Counted from the stretch's first letter, positions 16,609 through 26,881 are shown. The stretch: DNA of 64,000 bases from an uncultured virus (IMG/VR IMGVR_UViG_3300033997_000210) (IMGVR_UViG_3300033997_000210); one strand, 5' to 3'. The notes: generated by a model not told the origin, from the sequence alone. Made by a program: numbers and translations.

Positions 16609-16755
16609 ACATTAAACAGAGCGGCGCCTGGATGCCTGCAAGCACCCAGGCGCCGCCGCAGTACACGCGTTTCGCCCGCGTGCCATTGGCTTAAGCCCTG
16701 CCGCTCTCCGGAGAGCGCGTGCAGTTTGCTTAACGAATGTCGCACAGGTTGAGAC

Positions 16756-17520
16756 TTGAAGACGAAGACATTGTTCCCTTGGCCGGGCGGGAAGACACGC
16801 CTGGCGAAGCACCTGCTGCCGCTGATCAACGATCGGCCCCATACCTGCTACGTCGAGGCCTTTGCTGGTAGCGCTGCCATGCTGTTTGAGCGTGCACCGG
16901 CCAAGATTGAGGTCCTGAACGACACGCACGGCGAGCTGGTGAGGCTCTACCGCGTAGCCGCCAATCACCTGGACGAATTCGTTCGCCACTTCCGGTGGTC
17001 GCTGACCAGCCGGGAAATGTACCGGTGGGCACAGCTGCAGCACGTCGAGACGCTTACCGACATCCAGCGTGCCGCGCGCTTCTATTACCTGCAGAAGCTG
17101 AGCTTCGGCGGAAAGGTAGATGGTCAGTCGCTGGGTGTAGGCCCCACGGCAGTGAAGCGCATCAACCTGCTCCGGTTGGAACAGGATCTCAGCGATGCGC
17201 ACCTTCGGTTGCAAGGTGTTGTGATCGAGCAGTTGCCGTGGCAGCGCTGCATCGAGAAGTACGACCGACCCGAGACGTTGTTCCTTCTTGATCCTCCCTA
17301 TTGGGAGACGACGGGCTATGGAAGCGAGTTCGGCATGGATCAGTACGAGCTGTTGGCAGAAGCAATGGCCAAGCTCAGGGGCCGGGCAATCCTGACCATC
17401 AACGACCATCCCGCTATGCGGGCACTGTTCGACTCCTTCACTCGCGTCAGTGTCCCAATCCGCTACACCGTTGGCGGCGGCGTGGGCGTTGCGCGGAGCG
17501 AGCTCATCTATACAACCTAG
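16756..17520 (+). CDS. D12-class (Dam-like) DNA adenine methylase
   Basis: PWPGGKTRL, YVEAFAGSAA and LDPPY motifs; TTG start. Confidence 0.9.
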   Translation: MKTKTLFPWPGGKTRLAKHLLPLINDRPHTCYVEAFAGSAAMLFERAPAKIEVLNDTHGELVRLYRVAANHLDEFVRHFRWSLTSREMYRWAQLQHVETLTDIQRAARFYYLQKLSFGGKVDGQSLGVGPTAVKRINLLRLEQDLSDAHLRLQGVVIEQLPWQRCIEKYDRPETLFLLDPPYWETTGYGSEFGMDQYELLAEAMAKLRGRAILTINDHPAMRALFDSFTRVSVPIRYTVGGGVGVARSELIYTT

Positions 17521-17590
17521 CCGGGCATCGGGTCTGGCTGGGTCTCGTGCTCCGCCTACGCGGCGGGGCTGAACCTCTGCAGGAACCGAG

Positions 17591-18079
17591 ATGACGCAGA
17601 TCACTCCCCAACAGGCTGGCGGCGTGAACGTCGTGGCCTTCCTCGACATGCTGGCTTGGTCCGAAGGTACGGACAACGGCAAGCAGACCACCAAGGACCG
17701 CGGCTATGACGTGATCGTTGGCGGGCAGTTGTTCAAGAGCTACGCCGACCATCCGCGCGTGCTGGTGGAGCTGCCGAAGCTCAAGATCCAGTCCACGGCA
17801 GCTGGCCGCTACCAGCTGCTGCGCCGCTACTACGACGCCTACAAGAAGACGCTCGGCCTGAAGGATTTCTCGCCGCTGAGCCAGGATCTAATCGCGCTGC
17901 AGCAGATCCGGGAGCGTCGCGCACTGCCGCTGATCCAGGCGGGCAAGATCCGAGAAGCCATCAAGGCGGTTAGCAACATCTGGGCGAGCCTGCCGGGCGC
18001 TGGCTACGGCCAGCACGAACACAAGATTGCCGACCTGTTGGCCGTGTACCGCAAGGCCGGCGGGACGGTGGTGCCGTGA
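17591..18079 (+). CDS. Endolysin, lambda R-type lytic transglycosylase
   Basis: AFLDMLAWSEGT...STAAGRYQLL...WASLPGAGYGQ. Confidence 0.95.
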   Translation: MTQITPQQAGGVNVVAFLDMLAWSEGTDNGKQTTKDRGYDVIVGGQLFKSYADHPRVLVELPKLKIQSTAAGRYQLLRRYYDAYKKTLGLKDFSPLSQDLIALQQIRERRALPLIQAGKIREAIKAVSNIWASLPGAGYGQHEHKIADLLAVYRKAGGTVVP

Positions 18080-18531
18080 CCGAGCCCGTGAGCACACTGA
18101 AAACCATCGTCGGGACGTTCACTGCGGCTGTTGTGGCGCCGGCAACAGCAGACGCGCTGCGGGAGGCCGAACGGGTGATCCTTGGCGTCCCGCAATCCGT
18201 GCTGCTGGTTGCCATGGCGGGAGCGCTGATCGGTGTCCTGCTGCTGCCGGAGAAGGATGCGGAGCGGGTGGCCGCTGACGCCAGCCGCCGGCGTGGCCAT
18301 CGTCTCCTGCAGACCGCCGCGCGGTGGGCTGCCCTGGCCGTAGCTGTCTTGGCCTACGCCATCGTGGCCGCATGGGTCATCGCCGTTGCGGCGTCCATCT
18401 GGCCAGCACTGGCGGGCGCTCCGCAGCTGCCGTTGGCTGGCCTGTCCGGAGTTCTGATCCGCCGGCTGCTGCCGGGTTACGTGCGCATGGTGGAGCGAGC
18501 CACCGGCGCCATCGGAGGCGATAAGCCATGA
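18076..18531 (+). CDS. Holin-like membrane protein
   Basis: Multiple TM segments within the lysis cassette. Confidence 0.6.
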   Translation: MTEPVSTLKTIVGTFTAAVVAPATADALREAERVILGVPQSVLLVAMAGALIGVLLLPEKDAERVAADASRRRGHRLLQTAARWAALAVAVLAYAIVAAWVIAVAASIWPALAGAPQLPLAGLSGVLIRRLLPGYVRMVERATGAIGGDKP

Positions 18532-19010
18532 GCGTACTGATTCGATTCTTTCGCGCCCTGTGGACGCTGATCGTAGGCGCCGCTGCCGATGCGCTGCAGT
18601 GGCTGAGCAAGCCCGGCAGCAAGGTCAAGCTGGTGTGCGCTGTGCTGGCCTTCGGCTGCATGGTGTCCGGGCTTACCGCCTGGGAGAAGGAACAGAAGAT
18701 CCGCGACCTGAGCGCCCAGGTGATCAAGGTCCGTGCCGACTGGCAGGCTGATGCCGCCCGACTGCAGGCCGACGTGGATACGCGCGATCAGCGCCTGGCC
18801 GAGGTCGCCGCCGCACTGAGGGCCGAGGCCGAGAAGCTGGAAGCCCTCAAGGCAGAGAGCGCGGCAGCACTTCAGGACCTGGCCGTAAAGATCGAGGCAT
18901 CCGAGAAGGAGGCTTCCACCTGGCGCGGTCGCTACGAACAACGGCCCGACACCTGCAAGGCAGCACTGGAGCTGCTCGATTCCGCCTGCCCAGCACTGAA
19001 GGGGTACTGA
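18528..19010 (+). CDS. i-spanin (Rz-like)
   Basis: TM anchor followed by a coiled coil; C-terminal Cys residues. Confidence 0.7.
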   Translation: MSVLIRFFRALWTLIVGAAADALQWLSKPGSKVKLVCAVLAFGCMVSGLTAWEKEQKIRDLSAQVIKVRADWQADAARLQADVDTRDQRLAEVAAALRAEAEKLEALKAESAAALQDLAVKIEASEKEASTWRGRYEQRPDTCKAALELLDSACPALKGY

Positions 19011-19011
19011 C

Positions 19012-19299
19012 ATGCGCGTCATCGTGGTTACTACCGCTGCGCTGCTGGCAGCGTGCCAAGCCGCACCGACCAAGCCGAACGCGCCACCGGCAGCCGTCAT
19101 TGAGGTCCCGGTGGCCACCTATGTGCCCATCGACGCCAAGCTGCGGAAGCGCTGCAAGTGGGTGAAGGAGGCGGCGCCATCGGCCGTATTCGAAGTGAGC
19201 AACGGCCGGAAGCGCTGCCTGCTGCAGTACGAGGCGCAGTTCGACGCCATCGACCAGATGCAGGGGAACCCGGCAGCAGATGGCATGAGCGGCGGTTGA
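19012..19299 (+). CDS. o-spanin lipoprotein (Rz1-like)
   Basis: LLAAC lipobox, Pro-rich. Confidence 0.75.
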   Translation: MRVIVVTTAALLAACQAAPTKPNAPPAAVIEVPVATYVPIDAKLRKRCKWVKEAAPSAVFEVSNGRKRCLLQYEAQFDAIDQMQGNPAADGMSGG

Positions 19300-19492
19300 C
19301 GTTGTTTCACGCGCGCCGTTTCACGGCGGGCGGGGCCCCTGGGCTTATCCACAGCCACCGGGGGGAATTCGGACCCCGGTAAAAGACAGTATTTCGGCCT
19401 CTAGGGTGCTCCACCACAGGCCACACTTTTGGCGGTTTTTGCCGGGAGAAACCGCGTTTTCAGGCCTGAATAGGCTGTGCATCGGGTAGAAC

Positions 19493-19996
19493 ATGGCCGA
19501 CATCCACGAATTCACCAAAGGCTGGTCCGTGGCCAGGCTGGCGGATGAGTTTGGGATGGACCGCCGAACGGCCAGCAAGCGCCTGAAGGAGGCCGGTGTC
19601 CCGCCGCTGACCAAGCGCGCCGGGCATGACGTCTATCGCTTATCCGACGCAGCCCCGGCGCTGGTGAATCCGGGTGCCGCTGCGTTTGGCGCGGAGGGCG
19701 TGGTCGATCCGCGCGACCTGCCGCCGATGGAGCGACGCGCCTACTACCAGTCGGAGAACGAGCGCCTGAAGGTCGAGTCGACCATTGGGCAGCTGGTGCC
19801 GGCCGCAGAGGTCGAGGCCGACTACGCCGAGCTCGTGAAGAAGGTCGTGCAGTTCTTCGACACGCTGCCTGACGTGCTCGAGCGCAAGGCCGGGCTCACG
19901 CCGGAGCAGGTGGTCAAGGTCCAGGACGAGTGCGATCGCGTCCGGCAATCCATGTACGAGGGCATCACCGATGACGACGTACGCGACAGCGCGTAA
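19493..19996 (+). CDS. Terminase small subunit (DUF1441/Nu1-like)
   Basis: WSVARLADEFGMDRRT HTH; YQSENERLK motif. Confidence 0.85.
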   Translation: MADIHEFTKGWSVARLADEFGMDRRTASKRLKEAGVPPLTKRAGHDVYRLSDAAPALVNPGAAAFGAEGVVDPRDLPPMERRAYYQSENERLKVESTIGQLVPAAEVEADYAELVKKVVQFFDTLPDVLERKAGLTPEQVVKVQDECDRVRQSMYEGITDDDVRDSA

Positions 19997-22058
19997 CGTG
20001 CGCCAAGGCGTTGCCGAGATGATCAGGCCGCCGCGCCGCATTAGGGTGAGCGAAGGTGCGAGGGTGCTGCAGGTGGCCAATGCCGCAGGCGCCGCCGGTT
20101 CCTGGGATCCAGACACGACGCCCTACATGGTCGAGCCGCTGGATACGACCGGAAGCCGCCATTACGAGGCCGTGGTGTTCGTAGGGCCGGCGCGGTCGGG
20201 CAAGACCATCTCGCTGATCGATGCGCGTCTGGCCTACCTGATCACCTGCAACCCGGCCGACGCCATGGTTGTGCAGATGTCCAAGGATGCCGCTGAGGAC
20301 TACAGCAAGACCCGTATCGCCCGCAGCATCGCCGCCAGCCCGGAGCTACGCTCCCGCCTGAGCCCGCGTGCCCACGACGACAACATCCTGCTGAAGTTCT
20401 TCCGGTCGGGAATGTCGCTGCGCATGGGCTGGCCGTCGGTGTCGGTGCTGTCGGGCAAGGACATCCACGACGTCCTGATGACGGACGTGGACAACTACAC
20501 CGGCGACCTGACGATCGACGAGTGCTTCGGCCTGGGCCTGAAGCGCACGCAGACCTACATGTCCGCCGGCATGGTGGTGGCCGAGTCGAGCCCGGCAACG
20601 GACTACGCCGACGGCGCGTGGAAGCCGCTGCACCCGCACCAAGGCCCCCCGGCCGCTGGTATCGCCGCGCTGTATGCACGCGGTGACCGCCGGCGCTGGT
20701 ACTGGCCCTGCCCGGAGTGCGGGGAGCGGTTTCAGGCAGCGCCAGGCTATGACGGATTCGCCCTACCGCCGATGGAGGAACTGCTCGAGCGGGTGGTGCT
20801 GGACGACGTGCAGAAGATGGCGCGGCACTACTCGCTGCTGCACTGTCCGCACTGCGGCGTGGGGCTGCAGCACCGGTGGAAGGATGGGATGAACCGCGGC
20901 GGCGTTTGGGCTGCGGAGGGCCAGCTCGTGCACGCCGACGGCACGGTCACTGGTGAACGCCCGGAGGCGCGCATCGCCAGCTACTGGCTCGGCGGTGTCG
21001 CCGCGTCCTACCAGTCCTGGGAATCGCTGATCGAGCGCTACCTCCAGGCGCTACGCACCTTCGCCACCACCGGTGAAGAGCGCCCGCTGAAGACCACACA
21101 CAACGTGGACGGGGCGATCAACTACGTGCCGATGGCGGCGCGCTCGGCCAGCGATCCGAACGAGATGCAGGAGCGCGCCGAGGTCTGGCCGGCTGGTGCT
21201 GTGCCCGCTGGGGTGCGCTTCCTGCTGGGAGAGGTCGACGTCCAGGCAAACCGCTTCGTCGTGCTGGTACTGGGCTTCGGAATCGGTGAATCCGGGCAGC
21301 TGGAGCGCTGGGTGGTGGATTCCTTCACCCTGCGCACGTCCAAGCGCGAGGATGGCTCGGGCGGCTTCCTGCCGCTGGACCCTCCGAAGTACCTCGAAGA
21401 CTGGGAACGCCTGGTCGAGAAGGTCATCAGCCGTCGCTACCCGCTGGACGATGGCACCGGCCGCAGCATGCCAGTCCACGCCGTGGGCATCGACTGGGGC
21501 GGCAAGTCGGGCACCTCGGTGCGCGCGCTGGAGTTCTGGCGTTCGCTCAAGGCCCGGAAGCTGCACGCCAGGGTCAGACTGATCAAGGGCGATGCTCGCC
21601 GCGAGGGCGGGTTGTTCCGCGAGACCTTCCCCGACAGCAGCAAGCGCCGGGACCGCAAATCAGGCTCGAAGGGCGATGTGCCGCAGCTGCTGCTCAACGT
21701 CGACCGCCTGAAGGACACCGTCGACGCCAACGTGAAGCGGGCCGAGCCGGGTCCTGGCTACTACCACTTCCCCGACTGGCTGCCAGAGGCGTTCTACGCC
21801 GAGCTGACAGCAGAATCGAGGACGGCCAAGGGCTGGGAGAACTTGGCGAAACGACGCAATGAGGCGTTCGACCTGTGCGGCTATGCCGAGGGCATGGCGC
21901 TGTGGCTGAAGGTTCCGGCCATCAACTGGACCACGCCGCCGCCATGGGCCGCGCCGTGGGACGACAACCCAGACGTGAGGGCAGACGACGTCGCGCCGGC
22001 GCCAATGCCGCGTGCGCGCACCCGCCGCGTCATCCGAAGCAAGTACCTGGGACGCTGA
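19971..22058 (+). CDS. Terminase large subunit (lambda gpA family)
   Basis: GPARSGKT Walker A, ESSP, WPCPECG, DVQANRF and NEAFDL motifs. Confidence 0.95.
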   Translation: MTTYATARNVRQGVAEMIRPPRRIRVSEGARVLQVANAAGAAGSWDPDTTPYMVEPLDTTGSRHYEAVVFVGPARSGKTISLIDARLAYLITCNPADAMVVQMSKDAAEDYSKTRIARSIAASPELRSRLSPRAHDDNILLKFFRSGMSLRMGWPSVSVLSGKDIHDVLMTDVDNYTGDLTIDECFGLGLKRTQTYMSAGMVVAESSPATDYADGAWKPLHPHQGPPAAGIAALYARGDRRRWYWPCPECGERFQAAPGYDGFALPPMEELLERVVLDDVQKMARHYSLLHCPHCGVGLQHRWKDGMNRGGVWAAEGQLVHADGTVTGERPEARIASYWLGGVAASYQSWESLIERYLQALRTFATTGEERPLKTTHNVDGAINYVPMAARSASDPNEMQERAEVWPAGAVPAGVRFLLGEVDVQANRFVVLVLGFGIGESGQLERWVVDSFTLRTSKREDGSGGFLPLDPPKYLEDWERLVEKVISRRYPLDDGTGRSMPVHAVGIDWGGKSGTSVRALEFWRSLKARKLHARVRLIKGDARREGGLFRETFPDSSKRRDRKSGSKGDVPQLLLNVDRLKDTVDANVKRAEPGPGYYHFPDWLPEAFYAELTAESRTAKGWENLAKRRNEAFDLCGYAEGMALWLKVPAINWTTPPPWAAPWDDNPDVRADDVAPAPMPRARTRRVIRSKYLGR

Positions 22059-22059
22059 A

Positions 22060-22275
22060 ATGGCATTCACCACCAAGCAAGTCGAACAACTGGAAGCCGC
22101 GATCGCGGCCGGCGTGCTGAGCGTCCGATATGCCGACCGCACCGTGACCTACCAGAGCCTGGTGGAGATGCGCCGCCTGCTGAAGCAGATGCGTGATGAG
22201 CTGGGTCAGGCCGCTGGTGCACCGCGGCGCCGCCGCATCGTACGCCTCTACCAATCGGGGACCGGCAATGTCTGA
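22060..22275 (+). CDS. Head-tail joining protein (gpW-like)
   Basis: LEAAIAAGVLSVRYADRTVTYQS; synteny with lambda. Confidence 0.85.
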   Translation: MAFTTKQVEQLEAAIAAGVLSVRYADRTVTYQSLVEMRRLLKQMRDELGQAAGAPRRRRIVRLYQSGTGNV

Positions 22276-23749
22276 TACCGCCGAGAGCAGTTACCGCGCG
22301 GCCGGCAACGGCCGCCGCCTTCGTACCTTCCGGCCGACCTCGCTCGGGCCCAACGCTTCGCTGCTGGGCCTGCCGACGGTGCTGGCGCGAGCCCGGCACC
22401 TGGCCCGGAATGACCCGTGGATGGTCAGCGCGCTCAACAAGAGCGTGTCGAACGGCATCGCCACCGGCATCCAGGCGAAGCCGATCTGGGGCACGAAGGA
22501 GCACAAGAAGAAGGTCACCAAGCTGTGGACCCGTTGGGGCAAGTACGCTGACGCCGATGGCGTGCTGGTGTGGGAAGGCCTGCAGGCGCTCGCCTGGCGC
22601 GAGTGGAAAGAGGCCGGCGAGGTGTTCGCCCGCATCCGGTACCGGCGGCCCGAGGACGGCTTGCCTGTGCCGCTGCAGGTGCAGCTGATCGAATCGGAGC
22701 AGTGCCCGCAGCACTATAACGGCGTGGCCAGCAACGGCAACGTGATCCGGCAGGGCATCGAGGTCGATAGCATTGGCCGCCGAGTGGCTTACTGGATGTA
22801 CCGGGAGCATCCCGGTGACCTGCAGCTGACGGTCAACGGCAACGAGCTGGTGCGCGTGCCGGCGGAGCAGGTGCTGCACCTGTATCGGCCGAACCGTGCG
22901 GGTGCGATGCGGGGAGTGCCGGGTTCGGCGCCGGCCCTGCTGCGCATGTTCAACCTGGACCGCCTCGATGACGCGGTGCTGGAACGCCAGGCCCTGGCCA
23001 ACCTGTTCGCCGGCTTCATCACCACCGACGCCAATGCGGAAGGAGAAGAAGGCGATGCCATCGGCGATCTGATCACCGGTGAGGACGCCGACGGCACGGC
23101 CATCGGTGGGCTGGAGCCGGGCACGATGCAGGAGCTGCCACCCGGCCGAAAGATCACGTTCGCAGAGCCGCCCAGCGCTGGTTCGGACTACGCCGAGTTC
23201 CTGCGTGGGCACCTGCTGGCGATCTGCGCCAGCCAGGACGTGCCCTATGAGGTGCTCACCGGCGACCTGCGCAACGTCTCTGACCGCGCGCTGCGCCTGA
23301 TCCTCAACGAGTTCCGCCGGGTTATCGAGCAGGACCAGTGGCTCTTCATGATCCCGATGTTCTGCCAGCGGGTCCGCGACGCCTTCATGGACCAGGCGGT
23401 GCTGTCGGGTCTGCTGAAGGTGCCGCGCTACGCGGCCCTGCGTGATGACGTGACCGAAACCCTGTGGGTGCCCGAGGGCTGGCCCTGGAGCCACCCGGTG
23501 CAGGACGTGACCTCCGAACTCAAGGCGGTGCGGTCGGGTTTCAAGTCGCGCAGCAAGGTAGTGCTGAGTGCCGGCGAGGATCCCGAACAGGTCGATGCCG
23601 AGCAGGCGCAGGACAACGCGCGTGCAGACGCGGCCGGGCTTCGCTACGACAGCGACCCGAGGCGAACGAACACCTCCGGTGCCCGGCAGGACGACGAACC
23701 CGGCGCCTCTGGCGCCAACGACGATGAAAGGAATGACGATGACGAGTAA
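22268..23749 (+). CDS. Portal protein (lambda gpB family)
   Basis: RARHLARND, IRQGIEVD, YEVLTGDL motifs. Confidence 0.95.
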   Translation: MSDTAESSYRAAGNGRRLRTFRPTSLGPNASLLGLPTVLARARHLARNDPWMVSALNKSVSNGIATGIQAKPIWGTKEHKKKVTKLWTRWGKYADADGVLVWEGLQALAWREWKEAGEVFARIRYRRPEDGLPVPLQVQLIESEQCPQHYNGVASNGNVIRQGIEVDSIGRRVAYWMYREHPGDLQLTVNGNELVRVPAEQVLHLYRPNRAGAMRGVPGSAPALLRMFNLDRLDDAVLERQALANLFAGFITTDANAEGEEGDAIGDLITGEDADGTAIGGLEPGTMQELPPGRKITFAEPPSAGSDYAEFLRGHLLAICASQDVPYEVLTGDLRNVSDRALRLILNEFRRVIEQDQWLFMIPMFCQRVRDAFMDQAVLSGLLKVPRYAALRDDVTETLWVPEGWPWSHPVQDVTSELKAVRSGFKSRSKVVLSAGEDPEQVDAEQAQDNARADAAGLRYDSDPRRTNTSGARQDDEPGASGANDDERNDDDE

Positions 23750-25100
23750 GCCTGGTCTGTTGGCCCGAATGCTGGGTCGCGGCAGCCGTGCGCCCGTGGT
23801 GGCCTCGCTCGCTGCCGCGGTCCTCAATCAGCCCCTGCTGGTGCAGCCGGCGATCGGTGAGGCACTAGTGGGCGGCTATTTGGAAGGGAAGGTCACCAGC
23901 GACGACAGCGTGCTGAAGGCCGACCGCTTCGAAGTGTCCGGCTCTGATGGGCAGCCGGTGGGCGTCGCCCAGAACCTGATCGGTGTGATCAACCTGTCCG
24001 GTGCGATGGTGAACCGGCCGATGCCCGGCGCCAGCGGCCCCGGGCCGGTGAGCTACGCCGCGGTGCGCGACACCTTCGATGAGCTGCTCAACGATGACGC
24101 GGTGACGTCCATCATCCTGCGGCTGGATACGCCGGGCGGCATGGCGTCGGGCTGCTTCGACCTGGTCGACCACATGTTCGAGGCGCGCGGCCGCAAGCCG
24201 ATGTACGCGCTGGTCGATGACCATGCGTACTCCGCCGGCTTCGCCCTCGCTTCGGCGTGCGATGAGATCTGGATCAGCCGCACCGGCGGCGTCGGATCGG
24301 TGGGCGTGGTCTGCTATCACCACGACTGGAGCGGCAACAACGCCCAGATCGGCCTGAAGGTGACGCCGCTGTTCGCCGGCGCCCGCAAGGTCGACTTCAA
24401 CCCGAACTTTCCGCTCAGCGAGGAAGCGCACGCCGAGGCCATGGCCGATCTGGAGGACATGCGCACGATGTTCGTGGACACCGTGGCGCGGAATCTCGGC
24501 ATGGAGGCTGAGGCAGTGCGTGCCACCGAGGCTGCCTGCTACCGCGGCCAGGCCGCCGTGGCAGTGGGCTTTGCTACCCGGCTCGGAACCTGGCACGACC
24601 TGATCGCGCACCTCGGCGCGGCCGAAGCGGCACCGCCGCCCGCGCCGGGTAATCCCGACCCGGGGGAAGAGCCGGAGGCAGCGGCAGCTCCTCCGGTGCC
24701 CGAGGCCGTACCAGAACCGCCTGCAGCCGTCGTGGAGAACCCGGCCGCAGCGCTGGCAGCCGCGATCGCATCCAGTGAACTGCCGCCGGCGCTCGCGGTG
24801 GCCCTCCTGCGCCGTCCCCCACAGGAGGGCGAACCAGTGGCCAGCGCTATCGAGTATGCGACCGAAGTGCAGGACGCCTGTGCTGCGGCGCTGCGTGGCG
24901 ATGACACCCTCGCAGCCAGCTTCATCGAGAAGAACACCGACCTCGACACGGTGCGTGCACAGCTGCTGTCGATGAAAGCGGAGGAAGGCCGCAGCACCCA
25001 GGTCGTCACCGCACACCCGGCCTCAAAGGTCGACCAACGCGCCGCTGACATCAAGGCGCAGCTGAACCCCAACCACATCTACAAGAACCGAGGAAACTGA
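23739..25100 (+). CDS. S49 prohead protease with scaffold-like tail (gpC/Nu3-like)
   Basis: LRLDTPGG, AYSAGFALASACD, GSVGV motifs. Confidence 0.92.
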   Translation: MTSKPGLLARMLGRGSRAPVVASLAAAVLNQPLLVQPAIGEALVGGYLEGKVTSDDSVLKADRFEVSGSDGQPVGVAQNLIGVINLSGAMVNRPMPGASGPGPVSYAAVRDTFDELLNDDAVTSIILRLDTPGGMASGCFDLVDHMFEARGRKPMYALVDDHAYSAGFALASACDEIWISRTGGVGSVGVVCYHHDWSGNNAQIGLKVTPLFAGARKVDFNPNFPLSEEAHAEAMADLEDMRTMFVDTVARNLGMEAEAVRATEAACYRGQAAVAVGFATRLGTWHDLIAHLGAAEAAPPPAPGNPDPGEEPEAAAAPPVPEAVPEPPAAVVENPAAALAAAIASSELPPALAVALLRRPPQEGEPVASAIEYATEVQDACAAALRGDDTLAASFIEKNTDLDTVRAQLLSMKAEEGRSTQVVTAHPASKVDQRAADIKAQLNPNHIYKNRGN

Positions 25101-25102
25101 CG

Positions 25103-25792
25103 ATGGAAATCTCCCTGGCCGGCACCCGTACCGGCGAATTCCTGCTGTCCGAAGCGGGCGGCGAGCGCAGCCGCGAACTGATCCGTCTGCCGGCCGGGCA
25201 GGGCATGCTGTCCGCCGGCACCCTCCTCAAGGCGGACAACACCGTTGCCGCCAACGGCACGGACGCGGTGAAGGTGCTGTACGGCCCGGTCGACACCGGC
25301 GCCGATTCCGCGGCGCTGGCCGTGAAGGGCGCCGCGATCGCGCGCGACGCCGAAGTGTTCGGCGAAAAGCTGGTGTGGGCTAGCGGCGTCACCGCTGACC
25401 AGAAGCTGCTGGCCGCGCTGAGCCTGGCTGAGTCCGGCATCATCACCCGCTGGACGCAGCAGCCGATCGCATCGAACGCTGCGGATCACTTGGTGTTCGT
25501 TTCCGCGCCGCTGACCGGCACCGCCGGTGAGGCGCTGGGCCCGATCGTGGCGCACGTGAAGGACGTGTTCGGCGCCCTGGCCACTGGCAGCACCGTCAGC
25601 GCTACCCTGGCCAAGGCCACCGGTACCGGCACCCTGGCTGGTGGCGGCGCGAAGGCAGCCGTGGGCGGTGTTATCACCTGGGATGCCGCGACGCTCAGCG
25701 CCGCCGGCGACTACACCCTCAAGGTGACCGCCACCGACTTGGGCGAAGCCATCACGGGGACCATCACCATTTCCGCTGCTGCCGGCGGCTGA
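25103..25792 (+). CDS. Head decoration protein with Ig-like extension
   Basis: FLLSEAGGERSRE gpD-like N-terminus; C-terminal AGDYTLKVTA beta-sandwich. Confidence 0.8.
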   Translation: MEISLAGTRTGEFLLSEAGGERSRELIRLPAGQGMLSAGTLLKADNTVAANGTDAVKVLYGPVDTGADSAALAVKGAAIARDAEVFGEKLVWASGVTADQKLLAALSLAESGIITRWTQQPIASNAADHLVFVSAPLTGTAGEALGPIVAHVKDVFGALATGSTVSATLAKATGTGTLAGGGAKAAVGGVITWDAATLSAAGDYTLKVTATDLGEAITGTITISAAAGG

Positions 25793-25827
25793 CCGCCGAG
25801 CAGCGCCCCTTTCACCCGTTGACCCTT

Positions 25828-25851
25828 GGCCCCGCTTCGGCGGGGCCTTTT
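25828..25851 (+). terminator. Intrinsic terminator-like hairpin before the major capsid gene
   Basis: GGCCCCGC-TTCG-GCGGGGCC-TTTT. Confidence 0.65.
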
Positions 25852-25879
25852 CGTATCCCCTATCGAGAGAACAATCACC

Positions 25880-26881
25880 ATGGATCTGCAGACCCTCCTG
25901 GCGCTGGGCGTGCTGAGCTTCGATGCCCTGAACGCCTACATCAACAACCTGCCTCGCATCTCCACCCGTCTGGCCGACATGCGCCTGTTCCAGGAACAGG
26001 GCCTGGTCGGCACCACCATCGTCAAGGTCGGCATCAACGGCACCAAGCTGGTGCTGGTCCCGAACGTCCCGCGCGGTGCGCCCGGTCAGCCCAAGGGCCT
26101 GGAGCGTGGCAAGGTGAAGCTGCTGGAAACCACCCACCTGCCGCAGAACTCGACGGTCATGGCTGACCAGCTGCTGGGTGTCTATGACCCGACCGACCCG
26201 GAAGGCAACAACGTTGCCGCCGTGGTCAACGCATTGCAGGTGGTGCACAAGCGCGACCTGGACTTCACCATCGAGTACCATCGCATGGGCGCGCTGCAGG
26301 GCAAGCTGCTCGATGCCGACGGCTCGGTGATCATCGACTTCTACGAAGAATTCGGTGTCGACCAGTCCGTCATCGGCATGGAGCTGAACAAGGACGCCAC
26401 CAAAGTCCGCGCCAAGTGCATGGCCATCAAGCGCGCGATCGAGGACAAGCTGGGCGGCATCCCGTACACCGGCGTCCACGTGTTCTGCAGCGCCGGCTTC
26501 TTCGACGCACTGACCGACCATCCGGAAGTACAGAAGGCCTATGAGCGCTGGCAGGACGGTGCCGCGCTGCGCGATGACGTCCGCAAGGGCTTCGTGTTCG
26601 GCGATATCACCTTCGAAGAGCTGCAGGGCAACACCGGCGGCGACCTGGCCCTGGCCGACGGTGAAGCGATCGCGTTCCCGCTGGGTGTGCCGGACATGTT
26701 CCTGACCCGCTTCGCGCCGGCGGACTACCTGGAAACGGTGCGCGGTATCGGCTTGCCGTACTACACCAAGACCGCTCCGATGCGCATGAACAAGGGCATT
26801 CAGCTGGAAAGCCAGTCCAATCCGCTGAACATCAACACCCGACCGGACGCAGTGATCCGCCTGAAGGCCGGCTCGAAGTAA
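25880..26881 (+). CDS. Major capsid protein (lambda gpE family)
   Basis: TIEYHRMGALQGKLLDADG; ESQSNPL motifs. Confidence 0.95.
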   Translation: MDLQTLLALGVLSFDALNAYINNLPRISTRLADMRLFQEQGLVGTTIVKVGINGTKLVLVPNVPRGAPGQPKGLERGKVKLLETTHLPQNSTVMADQLLGVYDPTDPEGNNVAAVVNALQVVHKRDLDFTIEYHRMGALQGKLLDADGSVIIDFYEEFGVDQSVIGMELNKDATKVRAKCMAIKRAIEDKLGGIPYTGVHVFCSAGFFDALTDHPEVQKAYERWQDGAALRDDVRKGFVFGDITFEELQGNTGGDLALADGEAIAFPLGVPDMFLTRFAPADYLETVRGIGLPYYTKTAPMRMNKGIQLESQSNPLNINTRPDAVIRLKAGSK

